NCBI RefSeq assembly: GCF_963921235.1
Contig: NC_086097.1
Span: 125,676,001-125,740,000 of the forward strand
DNA length: 64,000 bases
Direction of reading: 5' to 3'
DNA from: Mobula hypostoma
Taxonomy: Eukaryota
Within the stretch, counting starts at the first letter, position 1; every line of letters starts with the position of its first letter. Of this stretch, positions 38,621 to 51,880 are shown one piece after another. Position numbers and translations under genes: made by a program. The notes beneath the pieces are model-generated. The model was not told the origin of the DNA. It did not search any database and worked only from the letters and a program-made list of their open reading frames with translations.

Positions 38621-39344
38621 GTCTCTGGGGTGGGGGGGGGGAAGACAGCAGGCACTCGATGCAAGAGCCTTGGGGAGGGAACTTGCCCGAGTCCTCTTCT
38701 TCTCCCCCGGTTGCACAAGTGGGATTAAATATGGAAGAAAGTGCTTTGTGGGGCTTTAAGGAAACCTTTCGCATTGCATCTGTGAGGTTTCCCAAAACTC
38801 ACGCTCATAGTTACTCATTCCACCAGAGTGAGTCTTTTGCCCGAATAATAAAGAGTCATAGAGGAATACAGCACAAAAAGTAGGCCCTTTGGCCTAATTT
38901 GTCCATGCTGAGCAAAATGCCCATTCAAGCTAGTCCCTTTTCCCCATGTTTCACCCAAACCCCTCTAGATGTTCCCGATCCTATGTACCTGTCCATTGAC
39001 AGAATGTGGGTGAAGGGGACTATGAGGTGGCAGCTCTGTTAGTTGTGCCACGTTGCAAATCCTTTTTCCCAGGCACATAAAATGGGCGGGAGTGTGTACA
39101 AATGCGACAATTGCAGTAAACTTGGTCCTGCTGAGCTGCTGAGCACCATCCTCGCAGAGCTGATTTGAAGCAAGTGACGTACAGGCTGGGGTTAGTAAGT
39201 TGTGGGCATTCTGTGTCGGTGCCTGAAACATGCTAAAATTGGCAAGCTGCCCCACAGCACAATTTGATTGATGCAAACGATACATTTCACTGTATGTTTG
39301 ATGTACCTGTGCCAAACAAAGCTAATCTTTATATCTTTATCTAC

Positions 39345-40029
39345 ACTCAGTCACCACTTTATTAGGTACATCCTGTATCTAATAAAGTGGCTAATGAGTG
39401 TACGTTTGTGATCTTCTGCTACTGTAGCCTATTCACTTAAAAGGTTCAACTTTTTGTGCGTTCACTGTTGTAATGTGTGGTTATTTGAGTTACTGTCACC
39501 TTCCTGTCAGCTTGAACCAGTCTGGCCATTCTCCTCTGACCTCTCTCATTAACAAGGCATTTTCACCCACAGAACTGCCACTCACCGGATGATTTCTTTT
39601 TCTCGTACAGTCGACCTTCACTTATCTGACTACCTGTAATCTGGTTCCTTCAATAATCCAGTACTGATTATGCTTAATGTGATCCTTCTGTAATTTGGCA
39701 TTTTCACTAATTCGGCACTCCTCTGGTATCAATGGTGCCAGATTAGTGAAAGTTGACCTGTACCATTCTCTGTAAGCTCTAGATTATTGAGCTTGAAAAT
39801 CCCAGGAGATGAGTAGTTAATAAGATAATCAAACCACCCCGTCTGGCACCAACAATCACTGAGATCACATTTCTTCCCTATTCTGATGTTCAGTCTGAAC
39901 AACAACTGAACCTCTTGACCATGTCTGCATGCTTTTCTGCACTGAGTTGCTGCCACGTGATTGGCCGATTAGATATTTGCATTAATAAGCAGGTGAACAT
40001 AGTACCTATTAAAGTGGCCATTGAGTGTA
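39345..40029. mobile_element. Tc1-like MITE with TIRs, containing a nested Tigger-like MITE (39608-39760)
   Basis: TA|CACTCAGTCACCACTTTATTAGGTAC ... GTACCTATTAAAGTGGCCATTGAGTG|TA; inner TA|CAGTCGACCTTCACT...AGTGAAAGTTGACCTG|TA. Confidence 0.75.
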
Positions 40030-40774
40030 AGTATTTTTTTAAATCAAAGAAGATGTTATTAGCAACAACATCCTATATCACAATAAAACTGCCCTAAAAA
40101 GGACTATGGACATGATTAATTGACAAATAGTTTACACTGATGTCACAATAACTCATCCTCAATTAGACCATTCTTCAATTGGATTATTTCCAGGCATCTG
40201 CAATTAAAACTATAATTTTCATCATTGATACCAGGACATCCAGCTATTGATGTTATTACCAAGTCAAAACAGAACCGATGCACTGGTTGGTAATACTTTC
40301 ATGATCTTAATATAGGAGCCGTGTATCTGTTCTCTATTTGCTTTGCATTCTGTGCTGTGTGATTTAATATGTTCATTATGGTAACTAGTCGCGTTAGTGG
40401 ATTGTGGTAAAAGTGAAGGGAATAAGTTATGCATTCTTGCTTTTTTCATGGCAGCTTGTAGCTTCAGCCTGGCAGAGGTTGTATCTTTGCTGACCATTTA
40501 TTATTACTGAGATAACATTTAATGTCGCTTCAAGATCATATGCTTGCTAATTGCTAATAAAGGATTTGACTCTTTGGATCAGTCATTTCATTGGAGCTGA
40601 TTGTGCATCATGCAAGTATAACAACCCAGTGGGAGTCACGGGCTAGCGGCAATTGTTTTGATTTTGGATTAGTTTTGCCACTGCACCGAATATCATGATT
40701 AGAGCATGGCTTGTATTTGCTTGAATCAATCTTCAAGGATCATCTTTATTCACCATATACATTTATATGTATTA

Positions 40775-43275
40775 GAACATGGAACATAGAAATCTACAGC
40801 ACATTACAGGCCCTTCAGCCCACAATGATGTGCCGACCACGTAACCTACTCTAGAAGCTGCCTAGAATTTTCCTCTATTTTGCTAAGCTGCATGTACCTA
40901 TCTAAGAGTCTCTTAAAAGACCCTATTGTATCTGCTGGCAGTGCATTCAACACACCCACCACTCTGTGTGTGAAAAGCTTACCTCTGACATCCCCTTTGC
41001 ACCTTCTTCCAAGCACCTTAAGACTATGCCCGCTTGTGTTAGCCATTTCAACCCTGGGAAAACACCTCTGGCTATCCACGTAATCAATGCTTCTCTTCAC
41101 CTTATACACCTCTATCAGGTCACCTCTTATCCTCCACCACTCCAAGGACAAAAGGCCAAGTTCACTCAACCTATTCTCATAAGGCTCATTCTACAATTAG
41201 GCAACATCCTTGTAAATCTCCTCTGCACTCTCTCTAAAATATTCACATCCTTCCTCTAGTGAGGTGGCCAGAACTGAGCACAGTACTCCAAGTGGGGTCT
41301 GACTAATGTCTTATATAGCTGTAACATTACCTCACAGCTCTAGAGCTCAGTCCCACAGCTGATGAATGCCATCACACCATACACCTTCTTACAACACTGT
41401 CAACCTATGCAGCAGCTAGGGACACGGACCCAAGTTCTCTCTGATCTGCCACACTGCCGAGTCTTACCATTATTATTATATTCTGTCTTCAAATTTGGCC
41501 TACTGAAATGAACCACTTCACACTTATCTGGGTTGAACTCCGTCTGCCACTTCTCAGCCCAGTTCCGCATCCTATTGATGTCCCACTGTAACCTCTGACA
41601 ACCCTCCACCCTATCCACAACACCATCAACCTTTGTGTCATCAGCAAACTTACTAACCCACCCTTTTACGTCTTCATCCAGGTCATTTATAAAATCACTA
41701 AGAGGAGGGGTCCCAGAATAGATCCCTGCGGAACACCACTGGTCACTGTCCTCCATGCAGAATATGACCCATCTACAACCACCCTTTGCCTTCTGTGGGC
41801 AAGCCAGTTCTATATCCACAAAGCAAGGTCTCCTTGGATCCCATGCCTCCTTACTTTCTGAATGAGCCTTGCATGGGGAATCTTATCAAATGCCTTACTG
41901 AAATCCATATACACTACATCCACTGCTTTACCTTCATCAATGTGTTTTATTATATCCTTCTCTTTTTCAGTATTTTCATTAATTACTTGCATAGACGAAT
42001 ACAAAATACATTATGGTATTATAGAAACAGAAACAAGATTGAATTTCCCCATAACTATGTATTGTAAATTGACCATAATATTGAAAAGGTATATTTTATT
42101 CTAATCTAAAGCAAAAACAAAACCCCATAACAAAATAGAAAAAAAGAGAGAGAAAAAAATCCTTAAAAATTTATATCCTTAAAAATTTAAATCAGGTTTA
42201 GGCACGACCTGCCCTTGACAAAGCCATGCTGACTATCCCTAATCAGATTATGTCTCTCCAAATGTTTATTAATCCTGCCTCTCAGGATCTTCTCCCACAA
42301 CTTGCCCACCACTGAAGTAAGAGTCACTAGTCTATAATTTCCTGGGTTATCTCCACTTCCTTTCTTGAACAAGGGAGCAACATTTGCAACCCTCCAATCC
42401 TCTGGTACTTCTCCCATCCCTATTAATGATGCAAAGATCATTGCCAGAGGCTCAACAATCTCCTCCCTTACCTTCCACAGTAGCCTGAGGTATATCTTGT
42501 CCAATCCCAGCAAGTTATCTAACTTAATGCCTTTCAAAAGCTCCAGCACATCCTGTTTCTCAATGTCTATACGCCTAAGCATTTCAGTCCACTGTAAGTT
42601 ATTCTCACAATTGCCAAGGCCCTTTTCACTGGCGAATACTGAAGCGAAGTATTGATTAAGTACCTCCACTACCTTCTCCGACTCCATGCACACGTTTCCA
42701 CTATCGCTCCTGATTGGTCCAATTCTCATACATCTCATCCTCTTGCTCTTCACGTACTTGTAGAATACCTTGGGGCTTTCCTTAATCCTGCTCACCAACC
42801 CTTCTCGTGGGTCCTCCTAGCTCTCATAATTTCATTCTTGAGCTCCTTCCTGACAGCTTTGTAATTTTCTAGACCTCTAACAGTACCTAGTTTCTTGAAC
42901 CTTTCATAATCTTTTCTTCTTAACTAGATTTTCTACATCCTTTGTACACCATGGTTCTTGTACCCTACCATCCTTTCCCTGCCTCAACAACTGAACCTCT
43001 TGACCATGTTTGCATGACGTCTCTGTAATGGCCACAACGTTATAGTTCCACGTATTATATAGTATTATTATAGTATCACACTCTAAGTTCATCTGCCTTG
43101 TTTATGATACTCCTTGCATTAAAATAGACACACCTCAAACCGTGTGACTGAGTGCATCTTTACTCTATCATCTGCGTATCCTTCCTCTCAAACTCCCTAC
43201 AAGCTGTCTGTACTTGTGCGCCAACTGCCCCATCCTCTACACCTTCACCTTGGTTCCCACCCCCCTGTAAATCTA
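40775..43275 (-). mobile_element. CR1 LINE ORF2 (decayed, internally deleted)
   Basis: ORFs 42187-42798 (PKVFYKYVKSKR...PGNYRLVTLTSVVGKL), 41810-42004 (DFSKAFDKIPH), 41400-41819 (KFADDTK), 42904-43092 (VVAITET). Confidence 0.9.
41960..42170. mobile_element. AT-rich insertion inside the CR1 (possible L1-type 3'UTR)
   Basis: Interrupts the RT; 10-bp duplication TTATATCCTT at 41950-41959 / 42171-42180. Confidence 0.5.
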
Positions 43276-44531
43276 GTTTAAACCCTCCCCAATGGCGACC
43301 CTGCTTCTCCCTTTTGTACTTTTACTTATTCGCAATGCCTCAGTTCCCGCCGCTGATTGGGTCTCTGGAATGTCCGAACACTCGCGAAGCTCTCCTTTCA
43401 CACAAGCTTCGCCAACCTGCGAGTAACCTCGTCACAGTCTCCTGCTCCCACCGCTGACTGGACCTCCAAAATGCCCGAACACCCGCGAAGCTCTCCTTTC
43501 ACAGAAGCTGCGAATAACCTCCTCGCAGTGTTCTGCTCCTGCCGCTGATTGGGCCTGTGGAACGGAGGAATTTGCTGTGGTGTGTTGGTGTGACATGCAG
43601 CAAAAAACAATGATCTTCAACAATCATAAAGAATAAAGTACTATATAAAAGAAAGTCTGAGGTTAAAGTACGTGCAACCCCCTCACCGGGCTCACATAGA
43701 AACTTAGCTCATTAACCGGCCCTGCTAACAGCCATGTGACCCTACAGGGAGAAGGCCAACTTGAACAATATACGTCTAGGGGCGGGATGATTTGGGTCCA
43801 ACCAAACTGGAAAGTTGTGATGCTTCATTAAACAGAACCCCAATTTGAGCGAATGCTGTGTAAATACTGCCCACACACAATTATCGGTCGGCAAGAAATA
43901 ACAGATCGTACACCACATACAACTATAAAGAAAGTGTATTTACTAATTTCACCTTCATCTTTCCCATCCCAGATTGTTCTTCTCCCTAGTCCCATAGCTT
44001 TCCATACCCCACCCATCCATGTACTCATCTTCAATGTTGAAATCTAACCCATATTCACCACTTGCACTGGTGAAGAAATCTGCAACAACAGATTTCTTTT
44101 TTAATGCATTTATTCTTAAGGGTGGAATTGAACATTTTGGAAAGGAGCCAGCAGGAGTTTCTTGGAAAGGTTGTAGAGATGAGAGATTAGTTATGTGTCA
44201 GGCTGGAGATGTGAAGGTTGATAAGACCAGAAAACACACAGAGGAGTTTTGAGAGATGTATTTAAAATCCTGAACAATCTAGATAGGGTGATAAAGAGAT
44301 ACTCTTTCCAATAGCTGACAGTTGAATATCTTTGAGGTAGAGTAATGGAGTTATAGAAAAGTACAGCACCGAAACAGGTCCTTCGGCCCATCTAGTCCAT
44401 GCCTAGTCTCATTAACCCAGACCTGAACCATAGCCCTCCACGTCCCTTCATCCATGTACTTACCGAAACTTCTCTTAAATGTGTTGAAATCGAACCCACA
44501 TCCACCTGTTCTGTTGACAGGTAGGTGACCA

Positions 44532-46205
44532 TCTGGGTGTTGTTGGCCCCCAAACAACATATATTCCACTCTCCCCTCCCACCCCTCCTCACAGTCCCCC
44601 ACCCTGCTCTCATGACTATACCCCTTCCCCACACGAAACCACTATGGTGGGCTTCACAGCCGAACAGGTGAGAAGGCAGCTGAAACGTCTCAACCCAAGC
44701 AAGGCTGCAGGACCGGATGGTGTCAGTACCAGGGTGCTCAAAACCTGTGCCCCTCAGCTATGTGGAGTACTTCGCCATGTATTCAACATGAGCCTGAGGC
44801 TCCGGAGGGTTCCTGTACTATGGAAGACGTCCTGCCTCGTCCCTGTGCCGAAGACGCCACGGCGCAGCAGCCTCAATGACTACAGACCGGTGGCATTGAC
44901 CTCCCACATCATGAAGACCCTGGAGAGACTTGTTCTGGATCTGCTCTGGCCTATGGTCAGGCCACACTTAGATCCCCTCCAGTTCACCTACCAGCCCCGA
45001 CTAGGAGTTGAGGATGCCATCGTCTACCTGCTGAACCGTGTCTACGCCCACCTGGACAAGCCAGTGAGCACTGTGAGGGTCATGTTTTTTGACTTCTCCA
45101 GTGCGTTCAACACCATCCACCCTGCCCCGCTGGGGGAGAAGCTGACAGCGATGCAGGTGGATGCTTTCCTGGTGTCATGGATTCTTGATTACCTGACTGG
45201 CAGACCACAGTATGTGTGCTTGCAACACTGTGTGTCCGACAGAGTGATCAGCAGTACTGGGGCTCCACAGGGGACTGTCTTGTCTCCCTTTCTCTTCACC
45301 ATTTACACCTCGGACTTCAACTACTGCACAGAGTCTTGTCATCTTCAGAAGTTTTCTGATGACTCTGCCATAGTTGGATGCATCAGCAAGGGAAATGAGG
45401 CTGAGTACAGGGCTACAGTAGGAAACTTTGTCACATAGTGTGAGCAGAATTATCTGCAGATTAATGTGAAAAAGACTAAGGAGCTGGTGGTAGACCCAAG
45501 GAGAGCTAAGGTACCGGTGACCCCTGTTTCCATCCAGGGGGTCAGTGTGGACATGGTGGAAGATTACAAATACCTGGGAATATGAATTGACAATAAACTG
45601 GACTGGTCAAAGAACACTGAGGCTGTCTACAAGAAGGGTCAGGGCCATCTCTATTTCCTGAGGAGACTGAGGTCCTTTAACATCTGCCGGACGATGCTGA
45701 GGATGTTCTACGAGTCTGTGGTGGCCAGTGCGATCGTGTTTGCTGTTGTGTGCTGGGGCAGCAGGCTGAGGATAGCAGACACCAACAGAATCAACAAACT
45801 CATTCGTAAGGCCAGTGATGTTGTGGGGATGGAACTGGACTCTCTGACTGTGGTGTCTGAAAAGAGGATGCTGTCCAAGTTGCATGCCATCTTGGACAAA
45901 GTCTCCCATCCACTACATACTGTAGTGGTTGGGCACAGGAGTACATTCAGCCAGAGACTCATTCCACCGAGATGCAACACAGAGCGTCATAGGAATTCAT
46001 TCCTGCCTGCAGCCATCAAACTTTACAACTCCTCCCTTGGAGGGTCAGACACCCTGAGCCAATAGGCTGGTCCTGGACTTATTTCCTGGCATAATTTACA
46101 TATTTCTATTTAATTATTTATGGTTTTATTACTATTTAATTATTTATGGTGCAACTGTAATGAAAACCAATTTCCCCCAGGATCAATAAAGTATGACTAT
46201 GACTA
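44532..46205 (+). mobile_element. Rex1/Babar LINE, RT domain to 3' end, relatively young
   Basis: ORF 44644-45438 (KAAGPDG, DYRPVALTSHIMK, DFSSAFNTI, GAPQGTVLSP, KFSDD) and 45694-46065; AATAAA plus (ATGACT)n tail; inserted in a CR1 at TGACCA (44526-44531 / 46206-46211). Confidence 0.93.
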
Positions 46206-47099
46206 TGACCAGATCTGCACACAATTCTCCAAATTAGGCCTCTCCAACATCTTATATAACTTCAACATAACATCCCTACACCTATACGCAATACCTCAAT
46301 GTATGAGATGTCACATTAGGTTAGATTAGATTATGAGGACACACGGTCCTCTTTTATTGTCATTTAGTAATGCATGTATTAAGAAATGATACAATATTCC
46401 TTCGGTGTGATATCACAGAAACACAGGACAGACCAAGACTGAAAAACTAACAAAAACCACATAATTATAACATATAGTTACAACAGTGCAAGCAATACCT
46501 TAACTTGATGAAGAACAGGCCATGGGCATGGTAAAAAAAATACAAAGTCTCTCGGAAGTCCCACATCTCACGCAGACGGGAGAAGGAAGAGAGACTTAAA
46601 GTGATTGTCAAGGGATGCACAAACAACACCAAGAAAAGGTTTTGTTCAAGGATGCAAATGGTTGGGTTTTAGAACATACTGTCTCACTGGAGGCGGGGTG
46701 GGGAAGCAATTGTTAGGATGATGTTTGAGGGTAGGGTGTGAGGGATAAAGATCACATTATGGCCTTTGAAAGTGAATTAAATGAATGCTTCGATGAGAAA
46801 ATATTGCAGAGTAAAGGGAAGCAACACGAGGAATAGGGCCAAGTAATAGATATGTGATAGTCATAGAGCACTGCAGCACAAAAACAGGGCTTTTGTTCCA
46901 TCTTTCCCATCCCATATTGTTCTTCTCCCTAGTCCCATAGTTTTCAATACCCCACTCATCCATGTACTCATCTTCAATGTTGACATCTAACCCACATTCA
47001 CCACTTGTGCTGGCAGCTTGTTCCACACTCACACCACCCTCTGAGTGAAGAAGTTGCCCGTCATGTTCCCCTTAAACATTTCACCTTTCACCCTCAACC

Positions 47100-47392
47100 C
47101 AGGAAGAGGCTTGTAGCCACCAGGGTACCAAATGGCTTCCTTCTGTGCGATAAACTCTGAAACCTCCAAGTTCACCGGTAAAGTAGACAAACCATCGTTG
47201 CCATCCCCTCCCAGACCAATACTGCGGCTCTGATCACACTTAACACTCTCCAAAAGGGTGGGCTACACCATTTTGTACACTGGACACCAGATTCCCAAAC
47301 CGGGCTCTCTACTCCGAGCTCTGTCACGGTATGAGATTTCCAGGAGGACAGAGAAAATGCTTCAAGGGCATTCCCAAAGCTCCCCTGAAAGA
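47100..47392 (+). mobile_element. RTE/BovB-like ORF fragment; its 3' end is probably at ~47690-47865
   Basis: DTRFPN..LYSELCHGMRFPGGQRKCFKGIPKAPLK resembles the RTE C-terminal R.PK..LY.EL..G.R..GGQ.KR(F/Y)KD motif. Confidence 0.65.
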
Positions 47393-48054
47393 CAGCACAG
47401 TTAGGGTAACACAGCAACCCAGGTTCAATTCCCGCCGCCATTTTGCATATTTCACTCATGACCTCATGGATTTCCACCAAGTGTTCCTGCTCCCTCCCAC
47501 ATTCCAAAGGTGTATGAGTTAGTAGGTTAATTGTAGCTGGTTAACATATCAGTTAGTACAGAACCTCCTGGCCCAACAAGCCCTCGTTATATGGGAGCTC
47601 CTGCTACTGTGCTGTATCTCTAAGTATATTTTTTTTAAAGTAACATCCTTACCAAATCAATTGACTGACAACCACTCAAGAAGGTGGGCAAGCACCCTGG
47701 CGACAGCCATTGAGACTCCCTGACAGGGCACGTGTTTGCAATGGAAGGGACTTCAAACATCCAGTCAAGCTCTTCCCAGTCCACCTGTGGCTCCACCAAC
47801 CTCTTCAAAACCCACAGGTCGATGTGAAATCAAGTCATCCTCCACTCCAAGGGACAACCAATGAAGAGACAGCCATAATTATGTAGGGCAATTTCTGAAA
47901 AGGCATGATTACTTGGAGGGAAAAGAAATATTGATATTGGTTCATTATTGTCACATGTATTGAGAGACAGTGAAAAGTTTTGTTTTGCATCCAGGTAGAT
48001 TATAACCATGTATAAGTACATCGAAGTAGTACAAAGAAAAATAAAATGTAATAT

Positions 48055-48345
48055 GCACTCAGTGGCCACTTTATTAGGTACATTTGCTTGTTATCTAATC
48101 AGCCGATTATGTGCCAGCAACTCAATGCATGCAGACATAGTCAAGAGGTTCAGTTGTTGTTCATACCAATCATTAGAATGGTGAAAAAATGTGATCTGAG
48201 TAATTTTGACAGTGGAATGATTGTTGGTGCCAGGTTTGAGTACCTCAGAAATTGCTGATCTTCTGACATTTTCGTGCACAACAGTCTCTAGAGTTTACAG
48301 AGAATGGCGAAAAAAAAAAACAAAAAAAAATTCCAGCGAGCAGCA
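48055..48345. mobile_element. Tc1-like MITE, partial
   Basis: CACTCAGTGGCCACTTTATTAGGTAC terminus; GLSTSEIADLLTFSCTTVSRVYREW HTH remnant. Confidence 0.75.
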
Positions 48346-48349
48346 ACAA

Positions 48350-50655
48350 ATTTCACAAATTCAGCATGCTTTGGCTAAAGAAATTTCTCTGCATCTCTCT
48401 TTTGAAAGGGTCCCCCTCTATCCTGAGGTTGTGCCCTCTTGTCCTTGACTCTCCCACCATGTGAAACATCCTTTCCACATCTACTCTGTCTAGGCCTTTC
48501 AATATTTGAACGGTTTCAATGAGATCCCGCCCCCCCCCCTTCATCTTTCTGAATTCCAGAGAGTACAGACCCAGAGCCATCAAACATTTCTTGTATGATA
48601 ACCCTTTCATTCCTGGAATCATCCTTGTGAACCTCCTCTGGACCCTCTCCAATGCCAGAACATCTTTTCTGAGATGAGGGGCCCAAAACCGTTCACAATA
48701 CTCAAGGTGAGGCCTCACCAGTGCTTTATAAAGTATAAAACCTCAGCATCACATCCTTGCTCTTGTATTCCAGACCTCTTGAAATGACTTCTAACATGGC
48801 ATTTGTCTTCCTCACCACCAACTCGACCTGCAAGTTAACCTTCAGGGTGTTCTGCACAAGGACTTCCAAGTCCCTCTGCATCTCAGATTCCTGGATTTTC
48901 TCCCCATTTAGAAAATAGTCTGCACATTTATTTCTACTACCAAAGTGCATGATCATGCATTTTCCAACATTGTATTTCATTTGCTACTTTCTTGCCTATT
49001 CTCCTAATCTGTCAAAGTCCATCTGCATCCCACCTGTTTCCTCGACACTACCTGCCCCTCCACCAATCTTCATGCCATCTGCAAGCTTGGCAACAAAGCC
49101 ATCTATTCCATCATGTAAATCGTTGATATACAGCATAAAAAGAAGTGGTCCCAACACCAACCCCTGTGGAACACCACTAGTCACTGGTAGCCAACCAGAA
49201 AATAATTATTTTATTCCCACTCGCTGCCTCCTACCAATCAGCCAATGTTCTAAGCATGTCAGTAACTCTCCTGTAGTACCATGGGGTTCTAACTTGGTAT
49301 GCAGCCTCTTGTGTAGCACCTTGTCAAAGGCCTTCTGAAAGTTCAAATATACAACATCCACTACATCCCCTTCATCTACCCTACTTGTAATCTCCTCAAT
49401 GAATTCCAACAGGTTTGTCAGGCAGGATTTTCCCTGAAGGAAACCATGCTGACTTTGTACTATCTTGCCCCATGTCAACAAGTACTCCATCACCTCATTC
49501 TTAACAATTGATTCTAACATCTTCCCAACCACTGAGGTGAGGCTAACTGGTCTATAATTTCCTTTCTGCTGCCTTCCTCCTTTCTTAAAGAGTGGAGTGA
49601 CATTTGCAATTTTCCAATCCATTGGTACCATGCCAGGGTTCAATGATTTCTGAAAGACCATTTCTAATGCCACCACAATCTCTAACACTACCTCTTTCAG
49701 AACCCTAGGCTGCAGTTCCTCTGGTCCGGGTGACTTATGTACCTTTAGATCTTTCAGCTTTTTGAGCACCTTCCCTTGTCAGCCACGGTTGTATTATTTT
49801 ACCACTTGAGTATTTCTTCATTTTTGGAATACATGTGTCCTGCACCCTCCTCATTTTCCCCAGAAACGCACGCCATTGCTGTTTTGCTGACATCCCTGCC
49901 AGCAGCTCCATCCAATTTACTTTGGCCAGCTCCTCTCCCATACCACTGTAATTTCCCTTACTCCACTGAAACGCTGCTACATCAGACTTCACATTTTCCC
50001 TATCAAATTTCAAGTTGAACTCAATCATATTGTGATCACTGGCTCCTAAGGGTTCCTTTACCTTAAGCTCCCTAAGCACCTCTGGTTCATTACAGAACAC
50101 CCAATCCAGTATAGCTGATCCTCTAGTAGGCTCAACAACAAACTGCATTCAAAAAACTCACTCTCTTGAGATCTATTACCAACCTGATTTTTCCAATCGA
50201 CCTGCACATTAAAATCTCCCATCACTACGATAGCATTGCCTTTTGACTTGCCTTTTCTATTTCCTGTTGTAACCTGTGGTCCACCTCCCAGCCACTGTTG
50301 GGAGGCCTGTATATAACTGCCATCAGTGTCCTTTTACCCTGGGAGTTTCTTAACTCAACCCACAAGAATTCAACATCTTCCGATTCTATGTCACATCTTT
50401 CTACTGATTTGATGTCATTCTTTACCAGTAGAGCCACACCACTCCCCCTGCCTACCTTCCTATCCCTCCGATATAATGTTTAACCTTGGACATTCAGCTC
50501 CCATCCTTCAACCATCCTTCAGTGATGGTCACAACATCATACCTGGCAATCTGTAATATTGCAACAAGATCATCCACCTTATTTCTTCTACTATGCACAT
50601 TTAGGTACAACACCTTGAGTACCATATTTGCTATCCTTTCTGACTCTGCATCCCT
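48350..50655 (-). mobile_element. CR1 LINE ORF2 (APE-RT), decayed
   Basis: ORFs 50225-50437, 49735-50148 (SDHN), 49206-49769 (KSPGPE, QHGFLQGKSC), 48996-49184, 48353-48718. Confidence 0.92.
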
Positions 50656-50914
50656 AAAGAGGTAGACTGGGAGATCAAGAGTTCAGCTGAAGGATTGTTC
50701 AAGTGCCTGATAACAACAGGAGAGAAGCTGCCCTAGAGTCTGATGGTTCGTGCTTTCAAGCTATCTTCTGCTGGCTGGAGAGGATAGAAAAAAGAATGAT
50801 CATCTACAATTCCAGCTGCCTTGGGAAAGCAGCCAACGTAATTGAGGACCTGGCTTCAGGTGTATTTTAGAATTTCTGCACATACGTATTTGTATATGAA
50901 GTTGGCACAATTTT

Positions 50915-51880
50915 TAAATATCAAAATAAAATTTATTCATAATAAAAAATAATTTACAAGAATTACATTCACATTCGTATACACTCATACATTCATAGTC
51001 AATGTGTTAAGTCGTGTTCTATTACTTGAAACCAATAGCCACTCATGAGGTTCTCTGCACTATTACAATAACTGAGGAGCTTCCTCACCCCACCTGGCCC
51101 CTCCCTTTCCAGTATTGGGAGACCCCTATGCTGTGGAAGAACCCTATACTGTGGGAGAACCTATACTGTGGAAGAACCCTATACTGTGGGAGAACCATAT
51201 ACTGTGGAAGAACCCTATACTGTGGAAGAACCCTATACTGTGGGAGAACCCTATACTGTGGAAGAACCCTATACTGTGGAAGAACTCTATACTGTGGGAA
51301 AACCCTATACTGTGGAAGAACCCTATACTGTGGAAGAACCCTATTCTGTGGAAGAACCCTATACTGTGGAAGAACCCTATTCTGTGGAAGAACCCTATTC
51401 TGTGGAAGAACCCTATACTGTGGGAGAACCCTATACTGTGGAAGAACCCTATACTGTGGGAAAACCCTATACTGTGGGAGAACCCTATACTGTGGAAGAA
51501 CTCTATACTGTGGAAGAACTCTATACTGTGGGAAAACCCTATACTGTGGGAGAACCCTATACTGTGGAAGAACCCTATTCTGTGGAAGAACCCTATACTG
51601 TGGGAGAACCTGTACTGTGGGAGGACCTGTACTGTGGTTCTTCCCCACTAAGCCCTTGCAGTGGCTCACCCAGTGTGCCCCTCAGCACGTACGCCCACAG
51701 CCTGTAATGTGCCAGTCAGCAGCGTTCCTCCACGGACATCTCAATCAACATGATCCGGGCAGACCAAAGGGCGCCTTTCGCCAAGTTGATGATCTGCTGG
51801 CAGCACATGCTGTTCGTCTCCACGTGTGTCCCCGGGAACAGCCTGTATCTCAGAGTCCTGTGTCGCACAGTCGCTGAGAC
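50915..51880 (-). mobile_element. Tx1 (L1-clade) 3' end with an internal minisatellite; further Tx1 3'UTR copies at ~51890-52350
   Basis: Minus-strand YRLFPGTHVETNSMCCQQIINLAKGALWSAR...AHYRL.AYVLR...WGRTTV; 3' end ATGAATAAA.TT..TTTTGATA at ~50920 and ~52165. Confidence 0.8.
51118..51638. repeat. 18-bp minisatellite, about 29 units
   Basis: Unit GAACCCTATACTGTGG(AA/GA). Confidence 0.95.

Noticed and set aside
51014..51877. Cys-rich (CGRTLY)n ORF resembling a keratin-associated or metallothionein-like protein
   Set aside because: It is the translation of the 18-bp minisatellite inside a Tx1 remnant; several frames are open.
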